Assembly: GCA_944320845.1 (NCBI GenBank)
Contig: CALUJA010000015.1
Coordinates: forward strand, 532-64,531
From: an uncultured Phocaeicola sp.
GTDB lineage: Bacteria; Bacteroidota; Bacteroidia; Bacteroidales; Bacteroidaceae
Reading direction: 5' to 3'
DNA length: 64,000 nt
The translations under genes were made by a program, and so were the position numbers. Below are positions 63,327-64,000 of the stretch, one piece after another (position 1 is the stretch's first letter; each line of letters begins with the position of its first letter). Below the pieces are notes generated by a model. It did no database searches. It worked only from the letters and a program-made list of their open reading frames with translations, and had not been told where the DNA came from.

Positions 63327-63998
63327 TCAGAAAGCACTCGGTTTGAGCCTCAAGCCGACCGTTTCCTCCAGATTAAACATCAGGTTCATATTGTGGACAG
63401 CCTGCCCGCTCGCCCCCTTCAGCAGATTGTCTATGCATGAAATGACAAGCAGCTTATCGCCATGCTTCTCCAAATGCAGGAGACACTTGTTGGTATTCAC
63501 TACCTGCTTCAGGTCTATGTTCTTGTCAACGACATGTGTGAACGAGTCTTCCGCATAATATTCCCTATACATCTTGACAATCTCCTCCAGTTCCACCTTC
63601 GTCTTCACCACGATGGTAGCAAAAATGCCACGGGCAAAATCGCCACGGTAAGGGATGAAGTCAATCTCTGAGTCGAAGCTGTTTTGCAGCTGCTTCAGTG
63701 ACTGCTTGATTTCGGGCACGTGCTGATGGGCAAACGGCTTATAGACACTCATGTTATTGTTCCTCCAGCTGAAGTGGCTGGTAGCACCCGGCTTCACTCC
63801 TGCCCCCGTGCTTCCGGTAATTGCATTGACCATCACATCGCCGTTCAGCATCAGATGCTTCGCCAGAGGGAGCAGTCCCAGCTGGATGCAAGTGGCAAAA
63901 CATCCGGGATTGGCCACATGCCTGCTCTCGCATATCGTCCTGCGGTTCAGTTCAGGCAGTCCATAAACAAAGTCATGCTCGGCACTCTTGATGCGGTA
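63327..63998 (-). CDS. argC: N-acyl-gamma-glutamyl-phosphate reductase (5' truncated by window edge)
   Basis: YGLPELNR, NPGCFAT, TGSTGAG, DNLLKGASGQAVHN; frame open to the window end. Confidence 0.96.
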   Translation of the reverse strand, partial: YRIKSAEHDFVYGLPELNRRTICESRHVANPGCFATCIQLGLLPLAKHLMLNGDVMVNAITGSTGAGVKPGATSHFSWRNNNMSVYKPFAHQHVPEIKQSLKQLQNSFDSEIDFIPYRGDFARGIFATIVVKTKVELEEIVKMYREYYAEDSFTHVVDKNIDLKQVVNTNKCLLHLEKHGDKLLVISCIDNLLKGASGQAVHNMNLMFNLEETVGLRLKPSAF

Positions 63999-64000
63999 AT

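Overview
Bacteroidaceae chromosomal segment (Bacteroides/Phocaeicola-like, roughly 50% GC by eye), mostly core genome. It starts in a 5'-truncated SusC/SusD pair, then runs through hflX-DUF4954-TlpA, yaaA, a PfkB kinase, an M23/LysM peptidase, an M28 peptidase, a MacB/FtsX-type ABC permease plus ATPase, murF, folP-cdaA, lrgAB, pta-ackA, rubredoxin, a sirtuin, two FKBPs, proA-argF', a lytic transglycosylase, a stand-alone GH2 beta-galactosidase, yceD-rpmF-fabH-era-der, mlaEF, lptB, purB-rluB-asnS and a minimal PUL (HTCS-SusC-SusD-GH2), and ends in argD and a truncated argC. I saw no rRNA, tRNA, CRISPR, transposase or integrase. Two real small genes are missing from the ORF track: rubredoxin (27846-28010, -) and DUF4250 (45298-45474, -). 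The most interesting signals are non-coding. (1) At least seven intergenic regions carry a degenerate array with a 21-22 bp period, built from alternating GAAA(C)/(G)TTTC half-sites. (2) Six DnaA-box-like motifs (TTATCAACA type) cluster at 23792-23923, with an orphan promoter firing into them, but codon/strand bias does not switch there. (3) A consensus sigma54 promoter with tandem TGTC-N9-GACA enhancer-like sites drives an ABC unit that lacks adaptor and TolC partners. All calls come from sequence inspection and recalled family knowledge; no database searches were run.
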